A DNA stretch of 64,000 nt from Eledone cirrhosa (Eukaryota), in assembly GCA_964016885.1 (NCBI GenBank), contig OZ024744.1:40796001-40860000 (forward strand), written 5' to 3'. The translations under genes and the position numbers were made by a program. Below the pieces are notes generated by a model, which did not search any database, was not told the origin of the DNA, and saw nothing but the letters and a program-made list of their open reading frames with translations. Positions 47,850 to 60,732 of the stretch are shown one piece after another (positions within the stretch are counted from its first letter, which is position 1; every line of letters starts with the position of its first letter).

Positions 47850-48503
47850 TATCATCATCATCGTTTAACGTCCATGTTCCATGCTTGCATGGGTTTGGAC
47901 GGGAGTTTTCCCACTTGAGGCAAGAGTGGTTGTCTTGCTCGCATAGGACTGTCTGGCGGGTTTTCTACGGCTGGATGCCCTTCCTAACACCAACCACATT
48001 TTCAGTGTGGGACTGGGAGGTTTTTACCGTGTTACCTACACGGCCACATTACAGCGTGGTCTGTGTGTTTTTTTTGTCGTGACACCTACACAAACTCATT
48101 TGTTTCGGCCTGGATGTTGTGGCACCAACGTAACTTTACATTGAAAGGGGCGGTGTGGATGTGGTGGGTGGTGGTGGGATGGGGGTGTATTTTGTTAGAG
48201 ATGCCTACTGACTGTAGTAGGTTTACTTTGTATTTAGGCAAGGCGGGTCTTCTTTATTACTGAGTGCCGCCAAAGATCTCGGTCCAGTGACATTGTCTTG
48301 GAGAGGTGTAAGTGTGTGAGGTCAGAATTTATCAGGTCATCCCAGGTTTTTCTGGGTCTGCCTACTCCGTGGCAACCGTCTATCTTTATTGCCCTGCACT
48401 TTTTTATACAGCTGTCATCTTTCATGCGCATCACGTGACCATACCAACGTAGCCTTCTCTCGAGTAAACAACATCTGATCCCTCTTATTCCTAATTTTTC
48501 CCT
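47850..48503 (-). mobile_element. 5'-truncated RTE LINE
   Basis: RRLRWYGHVMR..GRPRKTWDD. Confidence 0.9.
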
Positions 48504-48672
48504 TATGTATATGTATATATATATATATATATGTATATGTATATGTAGGAGGTGAGTTTTATTGTAGTACAATAAAGCAAAGCAGATATCGGATAAGAAG
48601 CACTCTACAGTTTGTAGGACTGGAGTATACATAATATATAAGAACAAAAGATGGTTAAAAGAGTTCCATGTA

Positions 48673-48739
48673 TTTTATTATGCGCATTTCAAAAACAAAT
48701 ATCATCATGCAATAATATTTGTGTTTTCATCAGATAAAA
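48673..48739 (-). ncRNA. Type I hammerhead ribozyme (mirror copy)
   Basis: Inverse of 51106-51172. Confidence 0.75.
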
Positions 48740-51105
48740 CAGGAAGACATGATATGAAGGTTAAAAAACACTTGTGGATAGTGCAGTTTTAAATCAACAT
48801 ATGAGAAGTAGTTTTAGATTGATGTGTGATATTGGGAAAAATATTTTATTTTGAGGGGTGGGTGGGTGGAAAGGATGAAAAAGAGGAGGAGATGAGAGTA
48901 AAAAGTGGAGAGGGGGGAGTATAATGAGGAAGGATGAGATAGGAGGAGAGATGGGTGATAGAGAGAGAGAGATAGCTTTTATAACTGAGAAAGATATATT
49001 GTTTTACATAGAGAGGTTGAAAACCGTTGGAAGATGATGTATAAATTAAAAGAATTTGAAAATTAACGAAGAGAAAAATAATGTAAAGTTAAGGTTTGTA
49101 TATTGAGGGGTTTAATAATATGTGCGATGAAAAGAAAATGTTAATATGTATTAAGAATAATATTTAAGGGTTTAATAACATGTGCGATGGAAAGAGAACG
49201 TTAATATGTATTAAGAAAGATATTTAAGGGTTTAATAATATGTGCGATGGAAATAAAATGTTGATATGTATTATTAAAAAGAACAACAGGTAATTTAAGT
49301 AAGGATATATTGTGAGATGAGCATGAATGAGTTAGATGAAAGGGAGAAAAGATTAATGAATTGAGGATGAATAATCTAACGTCAAAAAGATGTTTATGTT
49401 TACGAAGGATTTTTACAAGGTGATATAGAGTAAGAATGTATTGTATTATGTAATAATTGATTCTATGTTAGGCAACAGTGAGAAAAGGTACAGATTAGGG
49501 GTTAGACATTAAAAGAAAAAGAGAAGAAAGGGAAGTGATAAATAGGAGCGATATAGAATGAGTAACAAGTATTATAGAATGTATAATAACCTTTGAAATA
49601 AGGTAGAAAGATGGGTATATTTTTAAAGAAGTGTATATATATATATGTGCCTTTGAGAAAAAGATTCTAAATTGATAAAGATTTGGATATTAGCTGTATA
49701 CTTTGTGGAATGTTTTGTGGAATTTATGCAAGCAGATAGAAAACAAGTCAGTGCGTCTATTTATTATAGAATCTAAATTAAATAAAAACTTAATTTACGA
49801 ATGTAAAGTTATAACTGACACCAATTCCTTCACCTATTTTGGCTCCACTTCTACCTCTTTTAAAGCTCGTCTTTATAACCATCATTCGTCTTTTAAATAC
49901 AAACTTAAAAGAACCAACACTGCTCTCTCAGAACTCATATGGTCCTTGAAAGACAAAAATATTAAATATAGCATCTTTTGGAAGAAGGTTTCTTCTGCGT
50001 CTTTATACTTGAACAGTTCTCTATCCAAAATTTGCAATCTCTGTCTAAATGAAAAATTTACCATTATATCTAATTTAGATTCTATAATAAATAGATGCAC
50101 TGACTTGTTTTCTATCTGCTTGCATAAATTCCACAAAACATTCCACAAAGTATACAGCTAATATCCAAATCTTTATCAATTTAAAATCTTTTTCTCAAAG
50201 GCACATATATATATACACTTCTTTTAAAATATACCCATCTTTCTACCTTATTTCAAAGGTTATTATACATACTATAATACTTGTTACTCATTCTATATCG
50301 CTCCTATTTATCACTTCCCTTTCTTCTCTTTTTCTTTTAATGTCTAACCCCTAATCTGTACCTTTTCTCACTGTTGCCTAACATAGAATCAATTATTACA
50401 TAATACAATACATTCTTACTCTATATCACCTTGTAAAAATCCTTCGTAAACATAAATATCTTTTTGACGTTAGATTATTCATCCTCAATTCATTAATCTT
50501 TTCTCCCTTTCATCTAACTCATTCATGCTCATCTCACAATATATCCTTACTTAAATTACCTGTTGTTCTTTTTAATAATACATATCAACATTTTATTTCC
50601 ATCGCACATATTATTAAACCCTTAAATATCATTCTTAATACATATTAACTTTCTCTTTCCATCGCACATGTTATTAAACCCTTAAATATTATTCTTAATA
50701 CATATTAATATTTTCTTTTCATCGCACATATTATTAAACCCCTCAATATACAAACCTTAACTTTACATTATTTTTCTCTTCGTTAATTTTCAAATTCTTT
50801 TAATTTATATATTATCTTCCAACGGTTTTCAACGTCTCTATGTAAAACAATATATCTTTCTCAGTTATAAAAGCTATCTCTCTCTCTCTATCACCCATCT
50901 CTCCTCCTATCTCATCCTTCCTCATTATACTCCTCCCTCTCCACTTTTTACTCTCATCTCCTCCTCTTTTTCATCCTTTCCACCCACCCCTCAAAATAAA
51001 ATATTTTTCCCAATATCACACATCAATCTAAAACTACTTCTCATATGTTGATTTAAAACTGCACTATCCACAAGTGTTTTTTAACCTTCATATCATGTCT
51101 TCCTG

Positions 51106-51172
51106 TTTTATCTGATGAAAACACAAATATTATTGCATGATGATATTTGTTTTTGAAATGCGCATAATAAAA
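51106..51172 (+). ncRNA. Type I hammerhead ribozyme
   Basis: ttttat-CTGATGA-(long stem II aaacacaaatatt/gatatttgttttt)-GAAA-tgcgca-TA-ataaaa. Palindromic stem III; predicted cleavage after 51166. Confidence 0.8.
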
Positions 51173-51235
51173 TACATGGAACTCTTTTAACCATCTTTTG
51201 TTCTTATATATTATGTATATGTATATATATATATG

Positions 51236-51320
<85 letters not shown>

Positions 51321-51401
51321 GTATATGTATATATATATATGTATATGTATATGTATATATATATATGTATATGTATATGTATATATGTATATATGTATAT
51401 G

Positions 51402-51434
<33 letters not shown>

Positions 51435-51457
51435 ATGTATATGTATATATATATATG

Positions 51458-51527
<70 letters not shown>

Positions 51528-52385
51528 ATACAATAACAGAGATAGTTTAAAGCTAAACTCTGACTGGTAACCATCTCACTCAACAAACATTAGGTTATAT
51601 TAAAATATAAACCCAATTTAAGTGTTTGGGGTGCTAACAATATGTATAATGTGGAAAAACCAGTTGTATTATTTTATGAGATATAATTAAAGTTAAAGTA
51701 TTTCCAAACAATTGTTTCATTATAAGTTTTCTACAAGTTTAGGAGAATGTTTCCAGTTTATGTAGAAGCCTAATATATATTCATGTAAGAATATATTTAG
51801 GTGGGCACTTATAAATCATCAGTGGAAGCCCATTAAACATTGATATAAGAAAACAATTTCTTACCGCTGTCAAAAATCATGTTCGTAAAGTACCTCTCTC
51901 TCGCCTCAAATGACCGCTAAACTTGAAATTCCAGCAGTTTTTGACTGAGGAAGTATCATAGCGACACGAAGCGGGAAGGGGAGACAACTCACGAAATGAG
52001 GAAAAAATTAATAATATACACGCGGGTTAATTAGTTTTTTTGAAAACATTATCAATCCAACGTGTTTAAGAACTCAATTGAAAATAAAAAAATAAATATA
52101 TGCTTGTATAAATTACACACGCATATAGATATTTTCTTAGGCTAAATCAGAAGTTGTACCCGAATAAGAACCGCTTCTCATAACCGCAGTAAATGCAGAA
52201 AGTTATGCTATAAAGGGCAAGTGGGAATATAATTCTCCGGCCGAATTATTAAGAGTAAAATATAAAACACACGCGGGTTAATTAGTTATGTCAAAACCAA
52301 TATTAATTCCTCGTGTAAAGAACTCAATTAATAAAAGAAAATAAATACATATATGCTTGTAATTATATACGTAGGCATATATATA

Positions 52386-52444
<59 letters not shown>

Positions 52445-52445
52445 G

Positions 52446-52502
<57 letters not shown>

Positions 52503-52565
52503 GTATATATATATGTATATATATATATAGGTATATATATATATATAGGTATATATATATATAGG

Positions 52566-52600
<35 letters not shown>

Positions 52601-52609
52601 CTATATATG

Positions 52610-52683
<74 letters not shown>

Positions 52684-52691
52684 TGTATATG

Positions 52692-52777
<86 letters not shown>

Positions 52778-52778
<1 letters not shown>

Positions 52779-53535
52779 CATCATCATCATCATCGTTTAA
52801 CGTCCATATTCCACGCTTGCATGGGTTTGGACGTGGGTTTTCCCACTTGAGGCAAGAGTGGTTGTCTTGCTCACATAGGACTGTCTGGCGGGTTTTCTAC
52901 AGCTGGATGCCTTTCCTAACACCAACCACATTTACAGTGTGGAACTGGGAGGTTTTTACCGTGTTGCCTACACGGCCACATTACAGCGTGGACTGTGTGT
53001 TTTTTTGTCGTGACACCTACACGACCTCATTTGTTTCGGGCTGGATGTTGTGACACCAACATAACTTTACATTGAAGGGTTGGTGTGGATAGGGTGGGGG
53101 TAGTTGTACGTGGTATATTTTGTTAGAGGTGCCTACTGACTGTAGTAGGTTTCACTTTGTACTTAGGTAAGGCGGGTCTTCTCTATTACTGTGTAGCGCC
53201 AAAGATCTCGGTCCAGTGACATTGTCTTGGAGAGGTGTAAGTGTGTGAGGTCGGAATTTATCAAGTCGTCCCAGGTTTTTCTGGGTCTGCCTACTCCATG
53301 GCTACCATCTATTTTTATTGCCCTGCACTCTTTTATACAGCTGTCGTCTTTCATGCGCATCACGTGACCATACCAACGTAGTCTTCTCTCGAGTAAACAA
53401 CATCTGATCCCTCTTATTTCTAATTTCTCCCTTAGTACGTTTATGCTTTGCCGTTCACGTATGTTACTATTACACATCCAGCGGAGCATGCAAGCTTCGT
53501 TTCTCTCCAGTCTGCGTATATCCTCTGCACACAAT
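52778..53535 (-). mobile_element. 5'-truncated RTE LINE
   Basis: ORF 53163-53534 (MLRWMC, RLRWYGHV), 3' UTR and (GAT)n tail. Confidence 0.9.
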
Positions 53536-53692
53536 GCCTTTTCAATGGCTATTTCTGTCCAGAAATAGCCGTCGAAGCAGCTTGAGCTCTGCCGTCGGGG
53601 TCATAATTTTTCCTATTTCCCACTCTACTACACTAAGTATTGAGTACTCTGGTGCGTTATGGTCCATCTGGTTCCTTACCACAATTCCTTTG

Positions 53693-53758
<66 letters not shown>

Positions 53759-53866
53759 GGATATGTGTTCCTACACGCACAAAGCGCTAAGGGACACATG
53801 TATTGTCCAACCATATGCCAATGTGGTTCAATGGCAGGTTAATAAATTAACGAGCCAGAACATATA

Positions 53867-54224
53867 TAATCAGGTTTAGCAAATAATGAAAAAGTTTCAA
53901 AATAAATTTTAAAAAATTGACTTTACTTACTATAGTTACCTTTACCGAATCAGTTTCGAATCTCAAAAATAAACGGAGACCATACGGCCTTCGTTGCAAA
54001 GAAAGATTCTCGTCAGAAGGTTCTTTTCATTCGAAGAATATAAAATTCTTGAATTTAAATTACGAACTAGCGCTATCCAAAACTGTTCCCGAGATGAGAG
54101 TAAATGAGTGGTCTCCGTTTATTTTTGAGATTCGAAACCGATTCGGTAAAGGTAACTATAGTAAGTAAAGTCAATTTTTTTAAATTTATTTTGAAACTTT
54201 TTCATTATTTGCTAAACCTGATTA
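53867..54224. mobile_element. MITE with ~115-bp terminal inverted repeats in TA context
   Basis: 53867-53981 is the inverse of 54109-54224. Confidence 0.8.
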
Positions 54225-54280
54225 TATATATATATATAAATATATATATACATATATATATATATACATATATATATATA

Positions 54281-54367
<87 letters not shown>

Positions 54368-54517
54368 TTATTTACGTAAAGCACGGAGCATATGTGCATA
54401 AACACTCATGCACCGTACTGTATTATGGCAGTATTGTGTTAGCTCAATGTACAAGAACAGAGCCGTTATATACAAAAGAAACCAAAGAACGCTTAAATAC
54501 TCAGACAGTCTTTATTT

Positions 54518-54563
54518 ACTTACAGTGTTTCGTCCTCAACTTTTGGCAGGAATCATCAGAGCC
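54518..54563 (-). ncRNA. Hammerhead ribozyme motif
   Basis: gct-CTGATGA-t-tcct-loop-agga-c-GAAA-ca-c-tg-TA-agt on the minus strand. Confidence 0.65.
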
Positions 54564-54776
54564 TAATAAATACAGTGTTGAGTATAATCTCCACAAAACC
54601 TAGTCACACGAACAAACAGAATAAAGATAGGGAGATTGGAGATGGCGAACAAAGTCGTGCATGCTGTGGTTGTTAAGCATCTCTGCTAAATGCCAATTTC
54701 GAATCTCCCTATATATATTCTGATTGTTCGTGTGACTAGGTTTTTGTGGAGCTTATACTCAACACTGTATTTATTA

Positions 54777-54822
54777 GGCTCTGATGATTCCTGCCAAAAG
54801 ATGAGGATGAAACACTGTAAGT
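54777..54822 (+). ncRNA. Hammerhead ribozyme motif
   Basis: gct-CTGATGA-t-tcct-loop-agga-t-GAAA-ca-c-tg-TA-agt. Confidence 0.65.
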
Positions 54823-54834
54823 AAATAAAGAAGC

Positions 54835-55675
54835 CGCTAAAGAGTTCTCTCTAAAAATGAAAGGCAGGATGCCTGCATACAAACAGCAATGTTACATGGC
54901 AGTGAGACCTGGGCATTGTGTGCAGAGGATATACGCAGACTGGAGAGGAACGAAGCTTGCATGCTCCGCTGGATGTGTAATAGTAATATATGTGAATGGC
55001 AAAGCATAAACGAACTAAGGGAAAAATTAGGAATAAGAGGGATCAGATGTTGTTTACTTGAGAGAAGACTACGTTGGTATGGTCACGTGATGTGCATGAA
55101 AGACGACAACTGTATAAAAAAGTGCATGGCAATAAAAATAGACGGTAGCCATGGAATAGGAGGACCCAGAAAAACCTGGGACAACTTGATAAATTCCGAT
55201 CTCACACACTTACACCTCTCCAAGAGAATGTCACTGGACCGAGATCTTTGGCGCATACAGTAATAGAGAAGACCTGCCTTGACTAAATACAAAGTAAAAC
55301 CTACTACAGTCAGTAGGCACCTCTAACAAAAATACACCCCCGTCCCACTAACCCCACCCCATCCACACCACCCCTCTCAATGTAAAGTTATGTTGGTACA
55401 ACAACATCCAGCCCGAAACAAATGAGGTCGTGTAGGTGTCACGACAAAAAAACACACAGTCCACGCTGTAATGTGGCCGTGTAGGTAACGCGGTAAAAAC
55501 CTCCCAGTCCCACACTGTAAACGTGGTTGGTGTTAGGAAGGGCATCCAGCTGTAGAAAACCCACCAGACAGTCCTATGCGAGCAAGACAACCACTCTTGT
55601 CTCAAGTGGGAAAACTCCCGTCCAAACCCATGCAAGTGTGGAGGATGGACGTTAAATGATGATGATGATGATGAT
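54835..55675 (+). mobile_element. 5'-truncated RTE LINE
   Basis: MLHGSETW, RLRWYGHV, PRKTW; (GAT)n tail. Confidence 0.9.
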
Positions 55676-55694
55676 ATGTGTATATATATATATG

Positions 55695-55725
<31 letters not shown>

Positions 55726-55772
55726 TTATATATATATGTGCATATATATATGCATATAAATGTATATGTATA

Positions 55773-55811
<39 letters not shown>

Positions 55812-55917
55812 GTACTTATATATATATATATGCATATATATGTATATAATATATATATGTGTACATATATATATATATTTATATATAAATATATAATATA
55901 TATACATATATATGTAT

Positions 55918-55960
<43 letters not shown>

Positions 55961-56384
55961 GTATGGACTAGAATAGAAATAATAACTGTTTATGTTGAAG
56001 ATATTCAATTCGCAAAACAAATCTACTATCGCCCACGAAATAATCCAATAATCTGTAGATATTAAAGTAGGGTATGTTTACAAGAAAACCTCAAGAAATC
56101 GATACCATTTAGTTAGTATCTTGGGACATTGTTATCAATGTTACAGTCACAGAGTTTACACCAAATCTGAGATGAGATTTAATACTTGAAAACAACAAAA
56201 CAAAGAATATACAACCAAATAAAAACAAAAACAAAAAACAAACAAAAAAAAGAAATAGCTGATATTGATTATTTTGAACCAACATAGACATTGAAACACT
56301 GACCATTTGATTTGTACATTTTTTTTTTATTGTTATCAACCATTGTTACTTTGCTTCTGTTATCACTGCATTGTATGCCCAATA

Positions 56385-56429
<45 letters not shown>

Positions 56430-56513
56430 CGTTGCTGCTGCTGGTAGTAGTAGTACTATATATACATATATATATATATATATATAGACAGATATATATA
56501 TATATATACATAC

Positions 56514-56544
<31 letters not shown>

Positions 56545-56679
56545 CATATATATACATATATATATACATATATATACATATATATATACATATATATACA
56601 TATATATATATACATATATATATACATATATATATACATATATATATACATATATATATACATATACATATATATATAC

Positions 56680-56717
<38 letters not shown>

Positions 56718-56827
56718 ATATATATATATATATACACATATATATACATATATATATACATATATATACATATATATATACATATATATATACATATATA
56801 TATACATATATATATACATATATATAT

Positions 56828-56862
<35 letters not shown>

Positions 56863-58091
56863 CAAAAAAGAAATTGCTTATCTCAAAGGTAGGTCTGACC
56901 TGACCTACTTAATGGCGCCATCAACCATCCTAACACAATAGGATACAATTATTGAAGGTGATGGGGAATGAAGTATAAGAAAATTACATATCGATCATAT
57001 TCTTCCAAGCTACGCTAAGCTTTACTAATAAAGGAGCTAAAATATCTCTATGAGTTTGTAATAGTAAGAAAAACACCACAATATAAAAAGAAAAAAACAA
57101 TTCAGAATTTGACTATACTTGTATCGTATGCCAATTTTATGTTATTTAATATTTACATTGATACTTATCTCTGATAATACCTGCTTACAGAATTAAAGAA
57201 TGGCAAACATATATTATTGGTAAATTTAAACAATTAAAAAGGGTGAGAGAATTTTTTCGATGAAATAAGTCAACATATTTTCTATATATGAATAATGAAA
57301 CAGAAATTTCTTTTCATTTGATCAACTAAACAAGGTAAATAAATGAAAAATATATAAATCAATAAATAAATATATAGTGTTCAATAACTTGAAGTGATGT
57401 CAGACGAAGCAAACAAAGAGAATTGTCTGGAAATTGGTGAAATGAAACACCTACACACCATCAATATCATGAGTGTGATTGGCTAACCATAATATACCAT
57501 AATTAATGTATCGTATGTGAGATATAAGTTACTATATTTGGTATTTCTTTATAGGGCAGCCCCTTGCTTGTTGCAGTGTGTTACAGTTGATCAACCAATG
57601 GAACTACAATATGCTCATGAAATTAATCCCCAAATGTCTGAACATTTATTTCATAGACACATACACTGAGAGATTTAGCATGACAGTAACTCCTTCCATC
57701 ATGGAAAGGCAGCCCCTAGCTCCACCCTGCTCACCTATGTCAACATACAAAAATGGATGTATATACTTCACCCCCATTTCCCCATCATCCAATCTATGCC
57801 AATACAGAAGGTCACCCCACCTTGAACCACAGGAATATGCTTGCTTAGGGTTCGGAAAGATACCTGACTGAAGTGAAGAGGCCATGTCAAACAAAAATAG
57901 AATGTATGAACTAACTGTGGTCCCCTGTCCAGCCTAGTCTCAGGGCAACTTCTTTTTCCAGCTTTTTTATAAACTACCTTTATAGCATTTCTACACTTTC
58001 TTTATACTTATACATACATATATTCTCAGTGTTTCAAATGCCGAAAATTCAGCTTTGTATATTGTTATTGTATATATAGTATATAGTAATA

Positions 58092-58235
58092 ATTGTTTCT
58101 ACTTTTGGCACAAGGCCAGCAATTAACCAGTACATTACTGGTACTTTATTTTATCGACCCCGTAAGGATGAAAGGCAAAGTTAACCTCAGCGGGATTTGA
58201 ACTCAAATCATAAAGGGAGGTAACTCTATGCTGCA
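58092..58235 (-). mobile_element. Nin/Deu-domain SINE
   Basis: Inverse of the 2362-2488 family. Confidence 0.8.
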
Positions 58236-58260
58236 AGAAATAATAATTATGAAGCCCAAT

Positions 58261-58292
<32 letters not shown>

Positions 58293-58396
58293 ATATATAT
58301 ATATATAATATATATAATATATATATATATATATATTATATATACATATATAATATATATAATATATATAAATATATATATTATATATACATATAT

Positions 58397-58745
58397 GGAG
58401 GCACATGGCTTCGTGGTTAGAGCATTGGCCTTACAATCGAAAGGTTGTGAGTTCAATTCTCAGACCGGGTGATGTGTTATTTCCTTGAGCAAGACACTTT
58501 ATTTTATATTGCTCCAGTTTACTCAGCTGTAGAAATGAGATGATAGGGACAGGTGTCCCTATGATTCCACTGCAAAGTGGTCGTGCAGGTGCCACGGCAA
58601 AAAAGCACCCAGCACTCACTGTAAATGAGGTTGGTGTTAGGAAGGGCATCCAGCTGTAGAAATCAAGCCAGAATCAGTTCCCGTCCCACCCTTGCAAGCA
58701 GGGAAAAGCGGACGTAAAATGATGATGATGATGATGATGATGATA
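58397..58745 (+). mobile_element. tRNA-derived SINE with CORE/V-like central block and RTE-derived 3' tail
   Basis: A-box tggcttcgtgg, B-box gagttcaattc, tccttgagcaagacactt. Tail ggaagggcatccagctgtagaaa..ggacgtaaaat(gat)n is shared with local RTEs. Confidence 0.85.
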
Positions 58746-58789
58746 TAATATATATAATATATATATATATATATCGAATGTATATATAT

Positions 58790-58825
<36 letters not shown>

Positions 58826-58828
<3 letters not shown>

Positions 58829-59025
58829 AGTAAGTAAGACCCCGACGGCTGAGCTCAAGCCGTTTCGACGGCTAATTCTGGACTCGCCCAGAACTAGCCA
58901 TCGAAATGGCTTGAGCTCAGCCGTGGGGGTCCTAGTCGTTCCTATTACCCACTCTACTACCCTAAGTATTGAGTACTTTGGTGCGTTATGGTCCACCTGG
59001 TTCCTTACTACATTTCCTTCGTTAT
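58826..59025. repeat. Unclassified interspersed repeat with ~95-bp GC-rich hairpin (second copy 53536-53695)
   Basis: gaccccgacggctgagctcaagcc..ggcttgagctcagccgtgggggtc plus a conserved ~90-bp flank, between (TA)n tracts. Confidence 0.7.
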
Positions 59026-59477
59026 ATATATATATAGAATGTATATATATACACACACATACATATATATACATACATATACATATGTGTGTATATATGT
59101 ATGTGTATATTTATGTATGTTTCTCTTTCTCTTAATTTTGAGTACATTTTTGATGGGCCACCTTCCTGGTGGCAAGGTTGTAAAAGAAAAGAAATTGTCA
59201 TCCCTTAAATCGCAAGAATGTTCTGCAAATTTTGAAGGTGCCAGCTATCGCAGCCATTTGTAGTCTATGAATTATGTATATATGTATGTATAGGCAGTAC
59301 CAATGAGGTTAAACTATTGTTCAAAATGCTGTGGTACACATGTGCACTGATCTATTGTTATCAGCAGATCCAAAAAGTGTGAATCATCACTTTAATCAAA
59401 TCATCAGTGTAGTGGTCCATCAACTTAGCAGTCAGATGCATACATTATCAACAGGTAAACCCACTGGGGCGAGGGTA

Positions 59478-59828
59478 AAGACAAAAGTGTCAGACAAAGA
59501 TGTCAGACAAAAGTATCAGACAAAAGTGTCAGACAAAAGTGTCAGACAAAGGTGTCGGACAAAGGGGCCAGACAAAGGTGTCAGGCAAAATTGTCAGACA
59601 AAGGTGCCAGACAAAGGTGCCAGACAAAGATGCCAGACAAAGATGCCAGACAAAGAAAATGCCAGACAAAGGTGCCAGACAAAGGTGCCAGACAAAGGTG
59701 CTAGATAAAGGTGCTAGACAAAGGTGCCAGACAAAGGTGCCAGACAAAGGTGTCAGACAAAAGTGTCAGACAAAGGTGCCAGACAAAGATGCCAGACAAA
59801 GGTGCTAGACAATGGTGCCAGACAAAGG
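59478..59828 (+). repeat. 13-bp minisatellite (agacaaaggtgcc)n
   Basis: About 27 degenerate units. Confidence 0.9.
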
Positions 59829-60732
59829 ATATAACTGGAAGTATCTAAATGGCAACCATTGGGTGATTGCCATTCTAGCACAAACCAATGAGCAATTGTA
59901 TTGTCCGTAACCACAACCATCACCACAACTGCTTTCAAAACACTCGTAACTCTACTACCACCACCACTACCACTGCCACAACTACCACTATCAGCACCAT
60001 AACCATCAACACCCCATCACTGTCACTACTATCTACCAGCACCATCACTATGACTTCCACTACCAGCACCACAACTGCCACCACCACCACCATCACCACC
60101 ACCACTGCCACCACCAACACCACCACCACCAACACCGCCATCACTACCACCACAACTGCCACAACTATCAATAATGAGTTGCTGTATTGGCCCACGTCCA
60201 TCAGCCAGCCACCTTTAATTGTATATTAATCACTATAAACCCTAACCAAAACCCTAACCCTAACCCTCTTTCCTTCATTAATGCTGGAGTTTCTTCCAGC
60301 CATGCAGATAAATTACTTTGGAACAAATCATTTTTGCCAATGCCAAGAAATTTCTGAGAAGGATATGTATTTACATGAATGTATGTATGTATGTATGTGT
60401 GAGTATTATGTATGTATGCACGTATGTGTGAGTATGTATGTATGCATGTATGTATGTGTGTGTGTGTGTATGTATGGATGGATGGATGTAAGTATGTATG
60501 TATGTGTTTGAAATTTCAACCGATGACAAAACCTGAGCGCAAGGCGACTGCCATCTTGTATGTATATATAAGTGTGTGTCTGTGTACGCGCGTGTGTTTG
60601 TGTGTCTGTATGCATGCATGTGTGCATGTGTGTGTGTATGTGTATATATGTATGTATATATATATATATATATGTATGCTTGCATGTACATACACACACA
60701 TACACACAAACACACGCACACACACACACAAT

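Larger units (their letters stand above)
48546..51215. mobile_element. Naiad-like PLE 3' end in a ~2.6-kb inverted duplication
   Basis: Arms 48628-49780 and 50071-51215 are near-identical inverses. The centre encodes GIY-YIG (LIYECKV..YFGST..FKARLYNH..CNLCLNEK..CLH). Confidence 0.85.
54509..54831. mobile_element. Palindromic non-coding element with a hammerhead in each arm (probable inverted PLE pLTR)
   Basis: ~130-bp inverted arms; hammerhead cores at 54518-54563 (-) and 54777-54822 (+). Confidence 0.7.

Noticed and set aside
50161-51100. SECIS element / selenoprotein as described for some Naiad PLEs
   Set aside because: No in-frame TGA in the visible fragment and no clear SECIS fold found by eye.
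51053-56941. Many YI/IY-, poly-M-, poly-H- and poly-D-rich ORFs (also 38299-40078)
   Set aside because: Artefacts of TA and ATG microsatellites.
57555-57871. Possible + strand exon after a tttctttatag acceptor
   Set aside because: No recognisable protein, no partner exon or convincing donor; may be an old TE.
58397-58470. tRNA gene
   Set aside because: A and B boxes belong to a SINE head continuing into core and RTE tail; no complete cloverleaf.
59190-59265. Minus-strand QMAAIAGTFKICRTFLRF resembling an RLE-element C-terminus
   Set aside because: Too short to support a call.
59478-59828. Repetitive ORFs (RQRCQTKVPDKGA)
   Set aside because: Translation of a 13-bp minisatellite, open in several frames.
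60236-60266. (CCCTAA)-like telomeric repeat
   Set aside because: Only ~4 imperfect units, interstitial; insufficient evidence for a telomere-healing site.
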